Source: a virus (lineage: Duplodnaviria; Caudoviricetes). Taken from it: a stretch of 64,000 bases of DNA. Positions 18,064 to 28,684 of this stretch are shown here, one piece after another; within the stretch, counting starts at the first letter, position 1; each line of letters begins with the position of its first letter. Position numbers and translations under genes: made by a program. Under the pieces are notes generated by a model. That model ran no database searches. It was given only the letters and a program-made list of their open reading frames with translations, and had not been told where the DNA came from. The DNA lies in the IMG/VR virus record IMGVR_UViG_3300025653_000030, positions 10,500 through 74,499 of that record; one strand, 5' to 3'.

Positions 18064-18370
18064 AATAAAACAACACTTACAAAGATATATAGGTTGGTAC
18101 TTCTTAGTAGCATCTATATGGATGATGTTTCAAGAAGGATATGGAATGGAAGGATTCCTTATTTTCTTTTTAACCATTTTAAAAGTACCACCATTTGATT
18201 TAGTTGGTAGAGGATTCGATTGGGCTGGTAGAGTTGGTACAAAGTGGGGATTGAGGATGAAAGCTTGGAAAGAAAAACAAAACAAACCAGTTCAGGTATT
18301 AGTAACAATAATCGCTATTATTATAATGATACTAATCGTTTGGTTTATGCCAGAATGTGAATTATGTTAA
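18056..18370 (+). CDS. small membrane protein
   Basis: Two to three hydrophobic segments. Confidence 0.7.
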   Translation: MNKIKQHLQRYIGWYFLVASIWMMFQEGYGMEGFLIFFLTILKVPPFDLVGRGFDWAGRVGTKWGLRMKAWKEKQNKPVQVLVTIIAIIIMILIVWFMPECELC

Positions 18371-18540
18371 CAGCAAAAGAATGGTTAGATAAACAAGAGT
18401 GGGAAAATAAGTTCGTTGAATCCACTGCTTGGTCACATCATACAATGTTAGATACTTTGATGGAAGTATATGCAAAGTATTACATGAAAGAAAAATTAAA
18501 AGATATTGAAAAGAAAATCAATGTTAATAAATTTATTTAA
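18364..18540 (+). CDS. small hypothetical protein (MLTAKEWLDKQEW…)
   Basis: 58-aa ORF filling the gap, below the track cutoff. Confidence 0.65.
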   Translation: MLTAKEWLDKQEWENKFVESTAWSHHTMLDTLMEVYAKYYMKEKLKDIEKKINVNKFI

Positions 18541-18542
18541 TT

Positions 18543-18707
18543 ATGGATAGAGGTAAAAGGTTGCAGAAATCAGAAACTGCAAGAGAGAAAAGAAAGAAAG
18601 TTAAAGAGGTAGTAGATACCATCGAAAAAAGAAAACATGCTGATGTTAAAAATCTTAAAAAGAAATATAAAAAGATTAAAAATAGACATCACGATAATAA
18701 ATTATAA
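18543..18707 (+). CDS. small, very basic protein (MDRGKRLQKSETAREKRKK…)
   Basis: 54-aa Lys/Arg-rich ORF filling the gap. Confidence 0.65.
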   Translation: MDRGKRLQKSETAREKRKKVKEVVDTIEKRKHADVKNLKKKYKKIKNRHHDNKL

Positions 18708-18710
18708 GTT

Positions 18711-18944
18711 ATGGATAAATCAGAAATAGTAAAAAATTTAAAACAAATCAAAGAACTCGTATCAGATACACCAACTATGGCAAAAGCCAGAATGGATTTT
18801 TTAATAGATGAAATTGAAAAAGGTAGACAATATAGAAGTAATCAAGGAAGAAGTGATAGCCAAGTTCAAAGTAATCACAAAATGTTATTTTGGTCTGTGA
18901 TTGGTTTGGTTGTTACATTTCTTATTTCATTATTATTTTCTTAG
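18711..18944 (+). CDS. small protein with C-terminal TM helix
   Basis: C-terminal LFWSVIGLVVTFLISLLFS. Confidence 0.7.
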   Translation: MDKSEIVKNLKQIKELVSDTPTMAKARMDFLIDEIEKGRQYRSNQGRSDSQVQSNHKMLFWSVIGLVVTFLISLLFS

Positions 18945-18967
18945 ACATAGTGGGAAACTTAAATAGA

Positions 18968-19165
18968 ATGCCAGAGATAGTAGTAGTACATAAAAGACCA
19001 CGAAAGAATGGTAAAATATTTTTGGAAGTATTTGAAAATACACGAGTAGATGATATTATAGTTACCACAAAAAGAAAACCATTAATACCAAAAGAAAATG
19101 AAATTTTAGAATTGGGAGTTGGTATATCGTTTGTAGAAAAATATAAGAAAAAATATAAGTTATGA
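18968..19165 (+). CDS. small hypothetical protein (MPEIVVVHKRPRK…)
   Basis: Start moved to ATG 18968. Confidence 0.65.
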   Translation: MPEIVVVHKRPRKNGKIFLEVFENTRVDDIIVTTKRKPLIPKENEILELGVGISFVEKYKKKYKL

Positions 19166-19863
19166 TTGAACCGAATGGAAGTATTGTATTTTTAGGTGAT
19201 TCGTTTACATGGGGACAGGGTTTACAATATTATCATCTGATGTTACACCATGGATGGACTGAATCGCAATGTAACGAACTTTTTGATAGATGTTGTGATG
19301 GTTCGTTTAGATTTGAGTTTTTAGGATTTGAGGCAGATGAATATAGACGAAAACATTCCTATCCATATATTGTTTGTAAAGAACTAAACAAAATAATGGT
19401 AAATCCAATTTTTGAAAATGGTGGAGATAATTCAAGAATAATTGACTTTATTGAATTATTACCCCATCCACTTTTTATATCACATAATTCTGTGGATTAT
19501 ATAGTTGTTCAGTTTTCACATCCATTAAGACAAGTAGATATATCTAAATATAAAAGTGTAAATGAGTTAGTATTAGAACAAGTAAATAAAGTGAATGAGT
19601 TGTGTGAGAGATTAAATAAAAAGTGGTTTGGTATTTCTTGGATTGATGAAACTGCAAAAATAATTAAAGAAAACTATCCAGATAACCATGTTCCTATTTT
19701 ATATAAAGATAAAGAATATCTTTCAATGGATGAGAGAAATCATGATATAAAAGAATTACTTATAAATTATGATACTAAAATAAATGATTCACATCCAAGT
19801 AAAAAAGGTCATGAAGTTATGGCAAAATCAATTATAAATAAAATTAAATTAAGTTATGAATAA
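19162..19863 (+). CDS. SGNH/GDSL-hydrolase-like protein
   Basis: VFLGDSFTWG, GGDN, DSHPSKKGH. Confidence 0.75.
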   Translation: MIEPNGSIVFLGDSFTWGQGLQYYHLMLHHGWTESQCNELFDRCCDGSFRFEFLGFEADEYRRKHSYPYIVCKELNKIMVNPIFENGGDNSRIIDFIELLPHPLFISHNSVDYIVVQFSHPLRQVDISKYKSVNELVLEQVNKVNELCERLNKKWFGISWIDETAKIIKENYPDNHVPILYKDKEYLSMDERNHDIKELLINYDTKINDSHPSKKGHEVMAKSIINKIKLSYE

Positions 19864-20086
19864 ATTAAAATTATATTGGGAGTTATATTATCCCATACTA
19901 TTAGCATTCCTATCATTTTTATATTCAGTATCCCTATGGTTTACTGGTAATAAATTAGAAGGGATATTTGTTGGAATTTGGGTGCCATCTATTTTGGCAT
20001 TTGCAATTGCAATTAGACAAAGAAGAAATGATTTCTTTAGAAAAGAAGCGGCTAAGAGAAGATACAAATCTAAAAGAAGAAGATAA
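19856..20086 (+). CDS. small membrane protein
   Basis: Two TM segments and a basic tail. Confidence 0.7.
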   Translation: MNKLKLYWELYYPILLAFLSFLYSVSLWFTGNKLEGIFVGIWVPSILAFAIAIRQRRNDFFRKEAAKRRYKSKRRR

Positions 20087-20313
20087 TGACTGGTAACATG
20101 ACTGTGATGTTTATTGTTGGATTTATAATCTTTGCATTATACTTAGTTGGTTTACTAACTGTGATAACCAAAGCACATAAACAACAAAGAACAGAATTAG
20201 AGAATGACCCTGAATTACAAGGATTTGATTGGGAAGCATACGATAGAGGTATGGAACAAACATACAACCCAAAAAGAAAGAGAAGAACATATAAAAGAAA
20301 AACGAAGGTTTGA
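20086..20313 (+). CDS. small membrane protein
   Basis: N-terminal TM helix and a basic tail. Confidence 0.7.
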   Translation: MTGNMTVMFIVGFIIFALYLVGLLTVITKAHKQQRTELENDPELQGFDWEAYDRGMEQTYNPKRKRRTYKRKTKV

Positions 20314-20894
20314 AGCAAAAGAAGATTTTAATTGTAGTAGGACATCCTGATAAGAAATCATTCTGTTGGAATGGTATCTATAAAACTGCTACAAGACAGA
20401 TGAGGAAACACAAACAATCATATCGAGTGATTGATTTGTATAGAGATAGTTTCCAAAGACCAAGAACTGATTTGATTAAGAAGTATCAAGAATTGGTAAC
20501 TTGGTCAACTCACATTTATTTTATCTCACCTGTGTGGTGGTTTAGATTAACTCCAAGAATGGAAGTATTCTTTGATGAAGTATTTACACCAGGTTTTGCA
20601 TATAAGTTTGTAAACATAACTAAACTATATGCATATCCAAAACCATTCCTCAGAGATAAAAAAGTTAGAACTTATATTACACATGGAGCACCATCACTAC
20701 CTGTCAGAACTCTATATCTTAACTCAGTCAAACTAAGATTGGTGTTGGGTGTGTTTACCTTCGTCTTCGGATGGAAACTCAGCAGATGGATAAAAACAAA
20801 ACAATTCTGGTCTGTTCCTTTTGTTTCTCATAAAAAGAGAACCAAGTATTTAACAACAGTAAAGAATGATATTAGAAAAGATTTAGGTCTATGA
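20310..20894 (+). CDS. flavodoxin-like NAD(P)H-dependent oxidoreductase (MdaB/KefF-like)
   Basis: ILIVVGHPDKKSF, PVWWFRLTP.M..FFDEVFTPGFAY, THGAP. Confidence 0.82.
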   Translation: MKQKKILIVVGHPDKKSFCWNGIYKTATRQMRKHKQSYRVIDLYRDSFQRPRTDLIKKYQELVTWSTHIYFISPVWWFRLTPRMEVFFDEVFTPGFAYKFVNITKLYAYPKPFLRDKKVRTYITHGAPSLPVRTLYLNSVKLRLVLGVFTFVFGWKLSRWIKTKQFWSVPFVSHKKRTKYLTTVKNDIRKDLGL

Positions 20895-22270
20895 AATTAA
20901 GAGAGAACCAAATAGAACCTGTAGCAATTGGAGTTGAGTTTTTTAGAACTCCAAAAATGAAACCATCGATTATCGTGGCACCAACTGCCTTTGGTAAATC
21001 GATTGTAATTGCTGCAATTGCCAAAGAACTTGGTGAGAAGATTTTGGTTCTACAACCATCAAAAGAGTTATTAGAACAAAACTATAATAAGTTTGTTACT
21101 CTTGGTGGAACTGCATCAATCTATTCAGCTTCAATGGGTAGTAAAGAAATGGGTCGTGTAACATACGCAACAATTGGTTCGATAATCAATATTGCACACG
21201 AGTTCAAAAGTATGGGGGTCAGTAAGATTATAATCGATGAGTGCGATAGATATCCGAGAAACAAATCAGGACAATTGAGGAGATTTGTGGATGGTATGAA
21301 AGCAACTCATGTCCTTGGTCTTACTGCAACCCCCTTAAAATTACAAACCAACATGGGAGATACTGGCCCATACTCAAAGTTGGTAATGTTAACAAATCGC
21401 TCTAAACATGGAGTGTTCTTTAAATACATACTTCATGTTTCTCAGATTCAAGATATTGTTAAGTTGGGTTATTGGACACCATTAGAATATCAATCTTATG
21501 ATTTCGATACTGGTGCACTTGTTTACAATTCAAGTGGTGCTGAATATACACAAGAATCTATTGCTCGTTCTTATGAGAACCAAAACATTGGTGATAAGAT
21601 TGTAAAGAAGATTGAAGAAGTATATGATAGAAAATCTATTCTTGTTGCAGTACCAACGATAGAACAAGCAACAGAACTTGCAAGAAAGATTCCACAAGCT
21701 GCAGTTGTACATGGTGGAACTCCTAAGGCAGATAGAAAGAGAATCATAGAAGAGTTTAGAAACCAACAGATACGAGTTATTGTACAAGTTAATGTACTTA
21801 CAGTTGGATTCGATTATCCTGAATTAGATTGCTTGATTACAGGTAGACCAACCGCATCAATCTCTTGGTGGTATCAGTTTGTTGGTAGAGGAACTCGTAT
21901 CCACGATGAAAAAGAAAATTGTTTAGTTGTTGATTTCGTAGGTTCAGTAGAAAAGTTTGGTAAGGTAGAAGAACTATATTATAAAGATACTGGTGGCGAA
22001 GAATGGGAATTGTTTGGTGAAGGTAAGAAACAAATCACAGGTATTCCAATGCACGAAATAGGAATTCACTTAGAAGGTGGTGTAAATCTTGCAGAAAAAA
22101 CAAACGAAGATGGTGATATAGAAAAGGTTTATATGACCTTTGGAAAATATAAAGGTAAACCAGTTGCATCAATTCCACCTTATTACAGAAAGTGGTTGAT
22201 TGATAATATAACTTGGGGGCCTTGGAACATAAAAGTAAAACAAGAAATAGAAAGATTATCTAATTTATAA
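20891..22270 (+). CDS. superfamily 2 DExD/H helicase (RadD/UvsW-like) with C-terminal FGKYKG domain
   Basis: APTAFGKS, IIIDECD, LTATP, TVGFD.P, QFVGRGTR; C-terminal MTFGKYKG…YRKWL. Confidence 0.9.
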   Translation: MKLRENQIEPVAIGVEFFRTPKMKPSIIVAPTAFGKSIVIAAIAKELGEKILVLQPSKELLEQNYNKFVTLGGTASIYSASMGSKEMGRVTYATIGSIINIAHEFKSMGVSKIIIDECDRYPRNKSGQLRRFVDGMKATHVLGLTATPLKLQTNMGDTGPYSKLVMLTNRSKHGVFFKYILHVSQIQDIVKLGYWTPLEYQSYDFDTGALVYNSSGAEYTQESIARSYENQNIGDKIVKKIEEVYDRKSILVAVPTIEQATELARKIPQAAVVHGGTPKADRKRIIEEFRNQQIRVIVQVNVLTVGFDYPELDCLITGRPTASISWWYQFVGRGTRIHDEKENCLVVDFVGSVEKFGKVEELYYKDTGGEEWELFGEGKKQITGIPMHEIGIHLEGGVNLAEKTNEDGDIEKVYMTFGKYKGKPVASIPPYYRKWLIDNITWGPWNIKVKQEIERLSNL

Positions 22271-22947
22271 TGTATAGAAAACTTTTGTATAATGATAACT
22301 GTATTCTACATGAAGAAACGAATACAGTTATTTTTGATTTTAATGAAGAGTGGAATGATTATGTTGAATGGAAAAAAGATAATCCAAATCAATCATCTCA
22401 AATAACTAATGATAGAGATGCTATATTAAGATGGAATCAAGGGTTACCAATTAAAGAAGACAATAAAGAAACAAAGTATCATAAAAATGGAAACTTATTT
22501 TATGAAAAAATATTTAATAATGATAAACTAAAATCATATAGAGAATATTTTTTTGGTGGTAATATTCACAAAGAAACTTTATACAGAAACTCAATAAGAT
22601 TAGAATTAGAATATAATGAAAATCCTAATTTACTTTACCTAAAAAAATATTTTAAAGATAATCAGCTAAATAAAAAAATAACATATTATAAAACCTCATC
22701 TCAGATATTTACATCGAAAACAAAAATATCTGAATCTGAATTTTTATATAAAGAATATTACGAAACAGGTGTTTTACGCTCTATTGGTAATTTAGATATA
22801 AATAACAAAATGATTGGTGGTTGGTCTTTTTATTCGAGAGATGGTGTTATAGAATCAACACACTATTTTGCTGATGGTGAACTTGTTAACGAATCTGTAA
22901 TGTACACTCAATTGGGTGATATAAAAAATATTGTAAAACATGATTAG
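22270..22947 (+). CDS. MORN-variant repeat protein (YwqK-like)
   Basis: YHKNGNL, YYETGVLRSIG, GGWSFYSRDG repeats. Confidence 0.65.
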   Translation: MYRKLLYNDNCILHEETNTVIFDFNEEWNDYVEWKKDNPNQSSQITNDRDAILRWNQGLPIKEDNKETKYHKNGNLFYEKIFNNDKLKSYREYFFGGNIHKETLYRNSIRLELEYNENPNLLYLKKYFKDNQLNKKITYYKTSSQIFTSKTKISESEFLYKEYYETGVLRSIGNLDINNKMIGGWSFYSRDGVIESTHYFADGELVNESVMYTQLGDIKNIVKHD

Positions 22948-23836
22948 TATTATAATTCCATTTGCAAGTTCTGATTCTGGTAACGATATTAAGTTACCGA
23001 ATCATCCAATAACTGTAACTGCGGATATAATTTATAATACAATATGTTTAGTAAAAAATATAAATAAAAAAATAAAAGTTGATAAAGAAATTATTCTTGT
23101 AGATAATACACACTCTTTTCCAAATATAAAAATGGATAATTTAAAAATAGTAAAAGGGTGGCAATCTTTAAGTGAAGATGAAATAAAAAAACAACCAACA
23201 TTTAATCGATATAATATTGATGATTTTAATAATCTTACAATGTGGGTATCTATGGCATTTAATATTGGTATAGAACATGCTAAAGGAGATTATATTATTT
23301 GTCAACATAATGATGTATTTTATCACAATGATTTTATATCCGACATGATTACACAAATGGAATCAGAATCATTAGAATACATTTCAGCAGATTATAAAAA
23401 AATATTCTTATCAGCATATGTTAACAATAAAAAATCAATAGATAAGTTTTTATCCGATTATATAATATCACCAGAGGATGGTGGTTTTATTAGAACAAAA
23501 AAACTTGGGTTTGCTGATTGTTATTTCTTTATGTCTAAAAAAGAATTCTTTGATGATTATTATATTGATTGGGGATATGGTGATACAAATCATGGAGCTA
23601 CAATTAAGTGTTTAGAAAATAAAAAATCATTTTTACACTTAGAACCATTTCACGATAACCCAAACTTTAATACAAACACATTAGAGAGGGATTATTATTA
23701 CAAAGATAAACTTTTTATAACACACCTTAAGGGAGGATTTTCTGAAGATAAATTTTCATATTCAAATACTGCAGATAGTGGTGTGTTCAAAAAAGAAGTT
23801 GATACTTTTAAAGAAAGATTAGAAGAAGTATGTTAG
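22940..23836 (+). CDS. glycosyltransferase family 2
   Basis: ISIIIP, IILVDN, AFNIGIEHAKGDYIICQHND, DWGYGD. Confidence 0.85.
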   Translation: MISIIIPFASSDSGNDIKLPNHPITVTADIIYNTICLVKNINKKIKVDKEIILVDNTHSFPNIKMDNLKIVKGWQSLSEDEIKKQPTFNRYNIDDFNNLTMWVSMAFNIGIEHAKGDYIICQHNDVFYHNDFISDMITQMESESLEYISADYKKIFLSAYVNNKKSIDKFLSDYIISPEDGGFIRTKKLGFADCYFFMSKKEFFDDYYIDWGYGDTNHGATIKCLENKKSFLHLEPFHDNPNFNTNTLERDYYYKDKLFITHLKGGFSEDKFSYSNTADSGVFKKEVDTFKERLEEVC

Positions 23837-24558
23837 ATAGTTACATTATATATTTACCTAAATCAGAATTGAGTGTATCGACTGCAAATAAATCAATAGA
23901 ACGATTTGAAAAGATATATGGAACATCACCTATAAAGTGGGAAGGTGTTGATAAATACGATGTTTGGCAAAAATTTATAGATTCAAATTTTAAAGTAAAA
24001 CATAGAAGAAGGTTTACAAATATAGATGCTGAAATAGCAACTTTCTTTTCCCATTTCTCCTTATGGAAAAAATGTGTTGAGGTAAATAAAAACATTTTGA
24101 TACTTGAACACGATGCTTGGGTTGATAAAAAGATTGATGAAAACTTACTTGAACTTTACAATGGTGATGTATTAAATATAGGTAAACCGAATTGGGGAAG
24201 TTTTTTAAATCATCCAATAGAATCAAGTTGGTTAAGTAAACCAGATGGATTATACCAAAGAGAGATTTGTGATAAAGAACACGACTTACATAAACACAAT
24301 CCAATAAGAGATGATATTTGTTATTGTGATACAATGTGGTTGTTTGGAGCACATGCATATGTAGTAACACCACAAGGAGCTCAAAAGTTAATTGATGATT
24401 GTCATAATGGAATACTACCAACCGATGTTTATATAAGAAGAAACCTTGTTACTATTCATGATTTGTTACCACACTCTATAAGACAAAAATCAACCTTTTC
24501 ACTTATACAAAGATGGAGAGTTCACCATAGACAAGAAATAAATAATTGGGATTATTAA
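23830..24558 (+). CDS. glycosyltransferase family 25
   Basis: EGVD, FFSHFSLWKKC, ILILEHDA, GAHAYVVTPQGAQKL, PTDVYI. Confidence 0.85.
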   Translation: MLDSYIIYLPKSELSVSTANKSIERFEKIYGTSPIKWEGVDKYDVWQKFIDSNFKVKHRRRFTNIDAEIATFFSHFSLWKKCVEVNKNILILEHDAWVDKKIDENLLELYNGDVLNIGKPNWGSFLNHPIESSWLSKPDGLYQREICDKEHDLHKHNPIRDDICYCDTMWLFGAHAYVVTPQGAQKLIDDCHNGILPTDVYIRRNLVTIHDLLPHSIRQKSTFSLIQRWRVHHRQEINNWDY

Positions 24559-25049
24559 TGAAAGATGAATATCTAAATAACTGTACTACTTTGTTGAAAG
24601 ATAAATCAAAAAATTTATACATATATGTATCTACTACTATTTTAAGTAGAAGATATGAAATTACTGTAAATGCAAAATTACCAAATAATGTTTTATCAGA
24701 AATATCAGAATTTATAAACGAAGTAGAATCAGAAAATGTTGTATTAATATGTAGAAGTGAAAAAGAACAATACACACAAGAGTTTCCAAAAAAAGAACAA
24801 ATAGAATTTATCAAATCTTCAACTAATAAAAATATATCTGTATTTTATCAAAACCCATGGCCCGAAAGTGTTCCTAGCTTTATAGATAAGGATACAACAT
24901 TTATAAGATTTGGATATGATGAAGGATGTTTATTTGATAAACACATTGTAGATAAAAAATTTGAATCAAATAATAAAGATGGAACAAATCATTATTTGAT
25001 TAACAAAAATAAATTAGTAAAATTAAAAAATGGAAAAACATTAACATGA
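24558..25049 (+). CDS. hypothetical protein
   Basis: ATG overlaps the TAA of GT25 (TAATG). Confidence 0.7.
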   Translation: MKDEYLNNCTTLLKDKSKNLYIYVSTTILSRRYEITVNAKLPNNVLSEISEFINEVESENVVLICRSEKEQYTQEFPKKEQIEFIKSSTNKNISVFYQNPWPESVPSFIDKDTTFIRFGYDEGCLFDKHIVDKKFESNNKDGTNHYLINKNKLVKLKNGKTLT

Positions 25050-25954
25050 ATAACTTAGACTTACAATACCAGCATTTACTTCAAGATATTCTTCTTGAAG
25101 GTAAAGAAAAAACCGATAGAACTGGTACAGGTACAATATCTGTTTTCGGTAAACAAATCAGACACAAAATGAGTGAAGGGTTTCCACTTCTTACAACAAA
25201 AAAGATGGCAATAAAATCAATCATGACAGAACTAAAATGGTTTCTCAAAGGAGATACTAATATAAAGTATCTTGTTGATAATGGATGTAATATTTGGAAT
25301 GGGGATGCTTATAAAACTTATCAAAGAGCTTGTATGTATGAACTCGATAGAGATGAACTTACAATGGAAGAGTTTGTTAATAAAATAAAAAATGATTTTT
25401 CATTTGCTAAAGTATGGGGAGAACTTGGTCCTGTTTATGGAAAACAATGGAGAAGGATAACTAAAAGATATGGTTCATCACCAACATATAAAGTAGACCA
25501 AATTAAAAACCTTATAGAACTTATTAAAGAAAATCCTGATAGTAGAAGATTGATGGTAAACTCTTGGAATCCATCGGAGTTAGATGAGATGGTTTTGCCA
25601 CCTTGTCATTATGGATTTCAATGTTATGTAAACGATGGTAGATTATCACTATTATGGAATCAAAGAAGTGTTGATACTTTCTTAGGATTACCATTTAACA
25701 TTGCATCTTATGGAATGTTATTACTACTATTATGTGAAGAAACTAATTTAGAACCAGGTGAATTGATTGGTAACTTGGGTGATACTCACTTGTACAAAAA
25801 TCATTTAGAACAAGCTGAAGAACAGAGATTAAGAAAATCATTTCAATTACCAACTGTAAAATTATCAAATGTTGATATTTTAAATGGAGAATTTGATTAT
25901 GAAATTATAGGATACCAATCACAGCCAACAATTAAAGCACCATTAAGTAATTAA
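25046..25954 (+). CDS. thyA: thymidylate synthase
   Basis: DRTGTGT, LGPVYGKQWR, LPPCH, QRSVD, LGLPFNIASY, HLYKNH. Confidence 0.97.
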   Translation: MNNLDLQYQHLLQDILLEGKEKTDRTGTGTISVFGKQIRHKMSEGFPLLTTKKMAIKSIMTELKWFLKGDTNIKYLVDNGCNIWNGDAYKTYQRACMYELDRDELTMEEFVNKIKNDFSFAKVWGELGPVYGKQWRRITKRYGSSPTYKVDQIKNLIELIKENPDSRRLMVNSWNPSELDEMVLPPCHYGFQCYVNDGRLSLLWNQRSVDTFLGLPFNIASYGMLLLLLCEETNLEPGELIGNLGDTHLYKNHLEQAEEQRLRKSFQLPTVKLSNVDILNGEFDYEIIGYQSQPTIKAPLSN

Positions 25955-25960
25955 AAAAAT

Positions 25961-26944
25961 ATGAGAACAGCAGAATGTGTTTCACCGAAACATCCAGACA
26001 AAATGTGTGATAGAATTTCAGACACACTATTAGATTTACATTTAGAACAAGACCCGAACTCACGATGTGCAATTGAAACTTGTGGAGGGAATGGTAAAGT
26101 TTTTATAACAGGAGAAGTTACCTCTCAAGCAGATGTATCAGAGGATGATATCAAAACTATCGTACATAATATATCAGGTGTAGAAGATGTAATAATTCAT
26201 TTAAATCAACAATCACCAGAGATTGCTCAAGGAGTTGATACTGGTGGTGCAGGAGACCAAGGTATTATGATTGGTTATGCTTGTCAAGAAACAGATAACC
26301 TTATGCCTTTTGAGTATGAACATGCTCGTAGGTTAAACAAATTAATATACCAACATTTTCCATATGATGGTAAAACTCAAGTTACCATCAATGGTAGTGA
26401 TGTAACCGCAGTTGCTTCATTTCAAAATGCAAAAGCTTCTGATTTAAACGAACTTGTTCATCAGTACTTTAGAGAAACTGATTTTAATGTAACAACAACC
26501 CATTGCAATCCCGCAGGTGATTGGAATATTGGTGGTTTTGAAGCCGATGCTGGATTGACTGGTAGAAAACTTGCGGTTGATAATTATGGCCCAAGAGTTC
26601 CACTTGGCGGAGGTGCATTTAGTGGAAAGGACTCTACTAAAGTTGATAGAAGTGCGGCTTACATGGCTCGAAAAATTGCTGTTGATGCATTAAGAGAACA
26701 TCAATTACAATATGCTCTTGTAGAGTTATCATATGCAATTGGATATCCACAACCAATTCAAGCGGCAATTAAAGGAAACAGAGATGGTATTAATATAGAA
26801 ACTGGTCTATATTTTGAATATGTTGATAGAGAAAAATATGATTTATCACCAAAGGGAATTATAGATTTCTTAGATTTAAGAAAACCAATATTTGGGAAAA
26901 CAGCAGAGTACGGACATATGGGTGCTGGTTTTTCATGGGAGTAA
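25961..26944 (+). CDS. metK: S-adenosylmethionine synthetase
   Basis: ECVSPKHPDKMCDRISD, GAGDQG, TGRKLAVDNYG, GGGAFSGKDSTKVDRS. Confidence 0.96.
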   Translation: MRTAECVSPKHPDKMCDRISDTLLDLHLEQDPNSRCAIETCGGNGKVFITGEVTSQADVSEDDIKTIVHNISGVEDVIIHLNQQSPEIAQGVDTGGAGDQGIMIGYACQETDNLMPFEYEHARRLNKLIYQHFPYDGKTQVTINGSDVTAVASFQNAKASDLNELVHQYFRETDFNVTTTHCNPAGDWNIGGFEADAGLTGRKLAVDNYGPRVPLGGGAFSGKDSTKVDRSAAYMARKIAVDALREHQLQYALVELSYAIGYPQPIQAAIKGNRDGINIETGLYFEYVDREKYDLSPKGIIDFLDLRKPIFGKTAEYGHMGAGFSWE

Positions 26945-26945
26945 T

Positions 26946-27656
26946 ATGATAGAATTAATTTACACATTTACAAAGAAGTTATCAACTGATAATAAGTTAG
27001 AAGAAATTGTAAACATTTACAAACATTCTTACAACTTAAACTCATCGTATCATAAAGTTATTTTATATACAGATGATGAATCAAAATATCTTTTCGAAAA
27101 AGATTTTAAAGATATAATAATTGAAGATACTTCTGATGTGTATTTTTATGATGATTTAAAATATAAAGTTTTACCTAAGTTAAAAGCAAACCAATTATTA
27201 ACAGATGGAGATATTTGGTTATCTGATATGATTGAATTTGAATACAACTCACCTATTCTTTGTGATGTTACTATGAAAATATTAGGTAGAAAATATTATA
27301 AAGAAATTCCAAAAATATTAATAGATAGAGGTATTAAAAAAATTATACCATATTTTAATTCAAATATAGAACCGATTCCAAATATTGGATTTTTAAAATT
27401 TAAATCTAAAAAAATGGAATCAAATTATTTAAGTGATTATTATAAATTAAGAAGTTTTGTAATTGATAATTGTTTAGATTTAGAAAATACATATGGTAAG
27501 TTAAATCTATCTGCAGTAATAGCACAATATTTACTTGGGTGTTTTAATACAAATATACAATCACTTCGTTATGATAATTCTTATGTACATTATAGTGGTG
27601 ATGAAAAATATAAACAATCTTTTATGAAAAGATTTGAATCTAAAAAATTAATATGA
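26946..27656 (+). CDS. hypothetical protein, possibly GT-A-like
   Basis: Start moved to ATG 26946; ILYTD, TDGDI (DxD), PNIGFL. Confidence 0.55.
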   Translation: MIELIYTFTKKLSTDNKLEEIVNIYKHSYNLNSSYHKVILYTDDESKYLFEKDFKDIIIEDTSDVYFYDDLKYKVLPKLKANQLLTDGDIWLSDMIEFEYNSPILCDVTMKILGRKYYKEIPKILIDRGIKKIIPYFNSNIEPIPNIGFLKFKSKKMESNYLSDYYKLRSFVIDNCLDLENTYGKLNLSAVIAQYLLGCFNTNIQSLRYDNSYVHYSGDEKYKQSFMKRFESKKLI

Positions 27657-28156
27657 TAACATCTAATTCAATATTTACAATAGAAGAATGTAATGAGATT
27701 GTTGGATTTTTAAAAACAGCAGACCATCTCTTTGAGAAACAAAATAAAGATAATATGAGTTACTCTAAATGGCATCTCAATGACCATTCTTTTAAATATA
27801 AAAACAGACTTCAAGAATATGTAAATAATAAATTAAACATATCTTCAAAAGATACTGATATAATTTTTATAAAATATTCTAAAGATGATTACATGGGAAC
27901 TCATGTTGATAAAAATAATGAAAGTGAATATCACAGAGATTCTATGTATAATTTTAATGTACGATTGAATGATGATTTCGAAGGAGGTGAATTTAAATTA
28001 AAGAATAAAAAGTTTATAGCACCAATCGGAACTATTTATCATTATTCATCAAGTACTCCACATAGTGTAACAAAAATAAAAAAAGGTACAAGATATATGT
28101 TATTGTTTTATCTTAGAGAAAGAAATGTAACTGATTTCAAAAAAAGTATTATTTAA
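27653..28156 (+). CDS. 2OG-Fe(II) oxygenase (prolyl-4-hydroxylase-like)
   Basis: HVD (HxD), LNDDFEGGEF, HSVTKI..GTRY. Confidence 0.88.
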   Translation: MITSNSIFTIEECNEIVGFLKTADHLFEKQNKDNMSYSKWHLNDHSFKYKNRLQEYVNNKLNISSKDTDIIFIKYSKDDYMGTHVDKNNESEYHRDSMYNFNVRLNDDFEGGEFKLKNKKFIAPIGTIYHYSSSTPHSVTKIKKGTRYMLLFYLRERNVTDFKKSII

Positions 28157-28157
28157 T

Positions 28158-28187
28158 TTGGAATTGTAAAATAATTTTCGTATATTT
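28158..28187 (+). promoter_or_regulatory. early-type promoter TTGG-N17-CGTATATTT(G)
   Basis: Consensus copy containing the full TAnnTTTG. Confidence 0.8.
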
Positions 28188-28206
28188 GTATAACAAATAG
28201 TTTAAA

Positions 28207-28680
28207 ATGGCAAAAAAATATAAAGTAATTTTAATAAGTGGCGGATTTGACCCTGTTCATAAAGGCCATATCGAGTGTATCCAAAACGCTAAAAAGTTAG
28301 CGGATGAGGTTTGGATAGGTCTAAATAACGATAGTTGGTTATATAGAAAAAAAGGGAAACAATTTATGAAAGAAGATGAAAGAGCTTTTATAATGGAATC
28401 CTTAAGAGATGTGGATTATGTTTATATAATGAATCCACTCATACATGGAGATGATACAGCAATTGATTTCATAGACCATGCAAGAAGGAAGTATATACAC
28501 GAAAATGGTGATTTACCAAAAGGTGTAATGGCATTTGGTAATGGTGGTGATAGAACTGAAACAACCACACCAGAGAATGATGTATGTAATTCATATGGAA
28601 TAGAATCAGTATGGGGATTGGGAGATAAGATTCAATCTTCATCATGGTTATTAGAAAAATATTTAAATATGGCAGAGTAA
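28207..28680 (+). CDS. cytidylyl/nucleotidyltransferase (RfaE-II/TagD-like)
   Basis: SGGFDPVHKGH (HIGH motif), GLNND.WL, FGNGGDR, QSSSW. Confidence 0.9.
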   Translation: MAKKYKVILISGGFDPVHKGHIECIQNAKKLADEVWIGLNNDSWLYRKKGKQFMKEDERAFIMESLRDVDYVYIMNPLIHGDDTAIDFIDHARRKYIHENGDLPKGVMAFGNGGDRTETTTPENDVCNSYGIESVWGLGDKIQSSSWLLEKYLNMAE

Positions 28681-28684
28681 AAAA

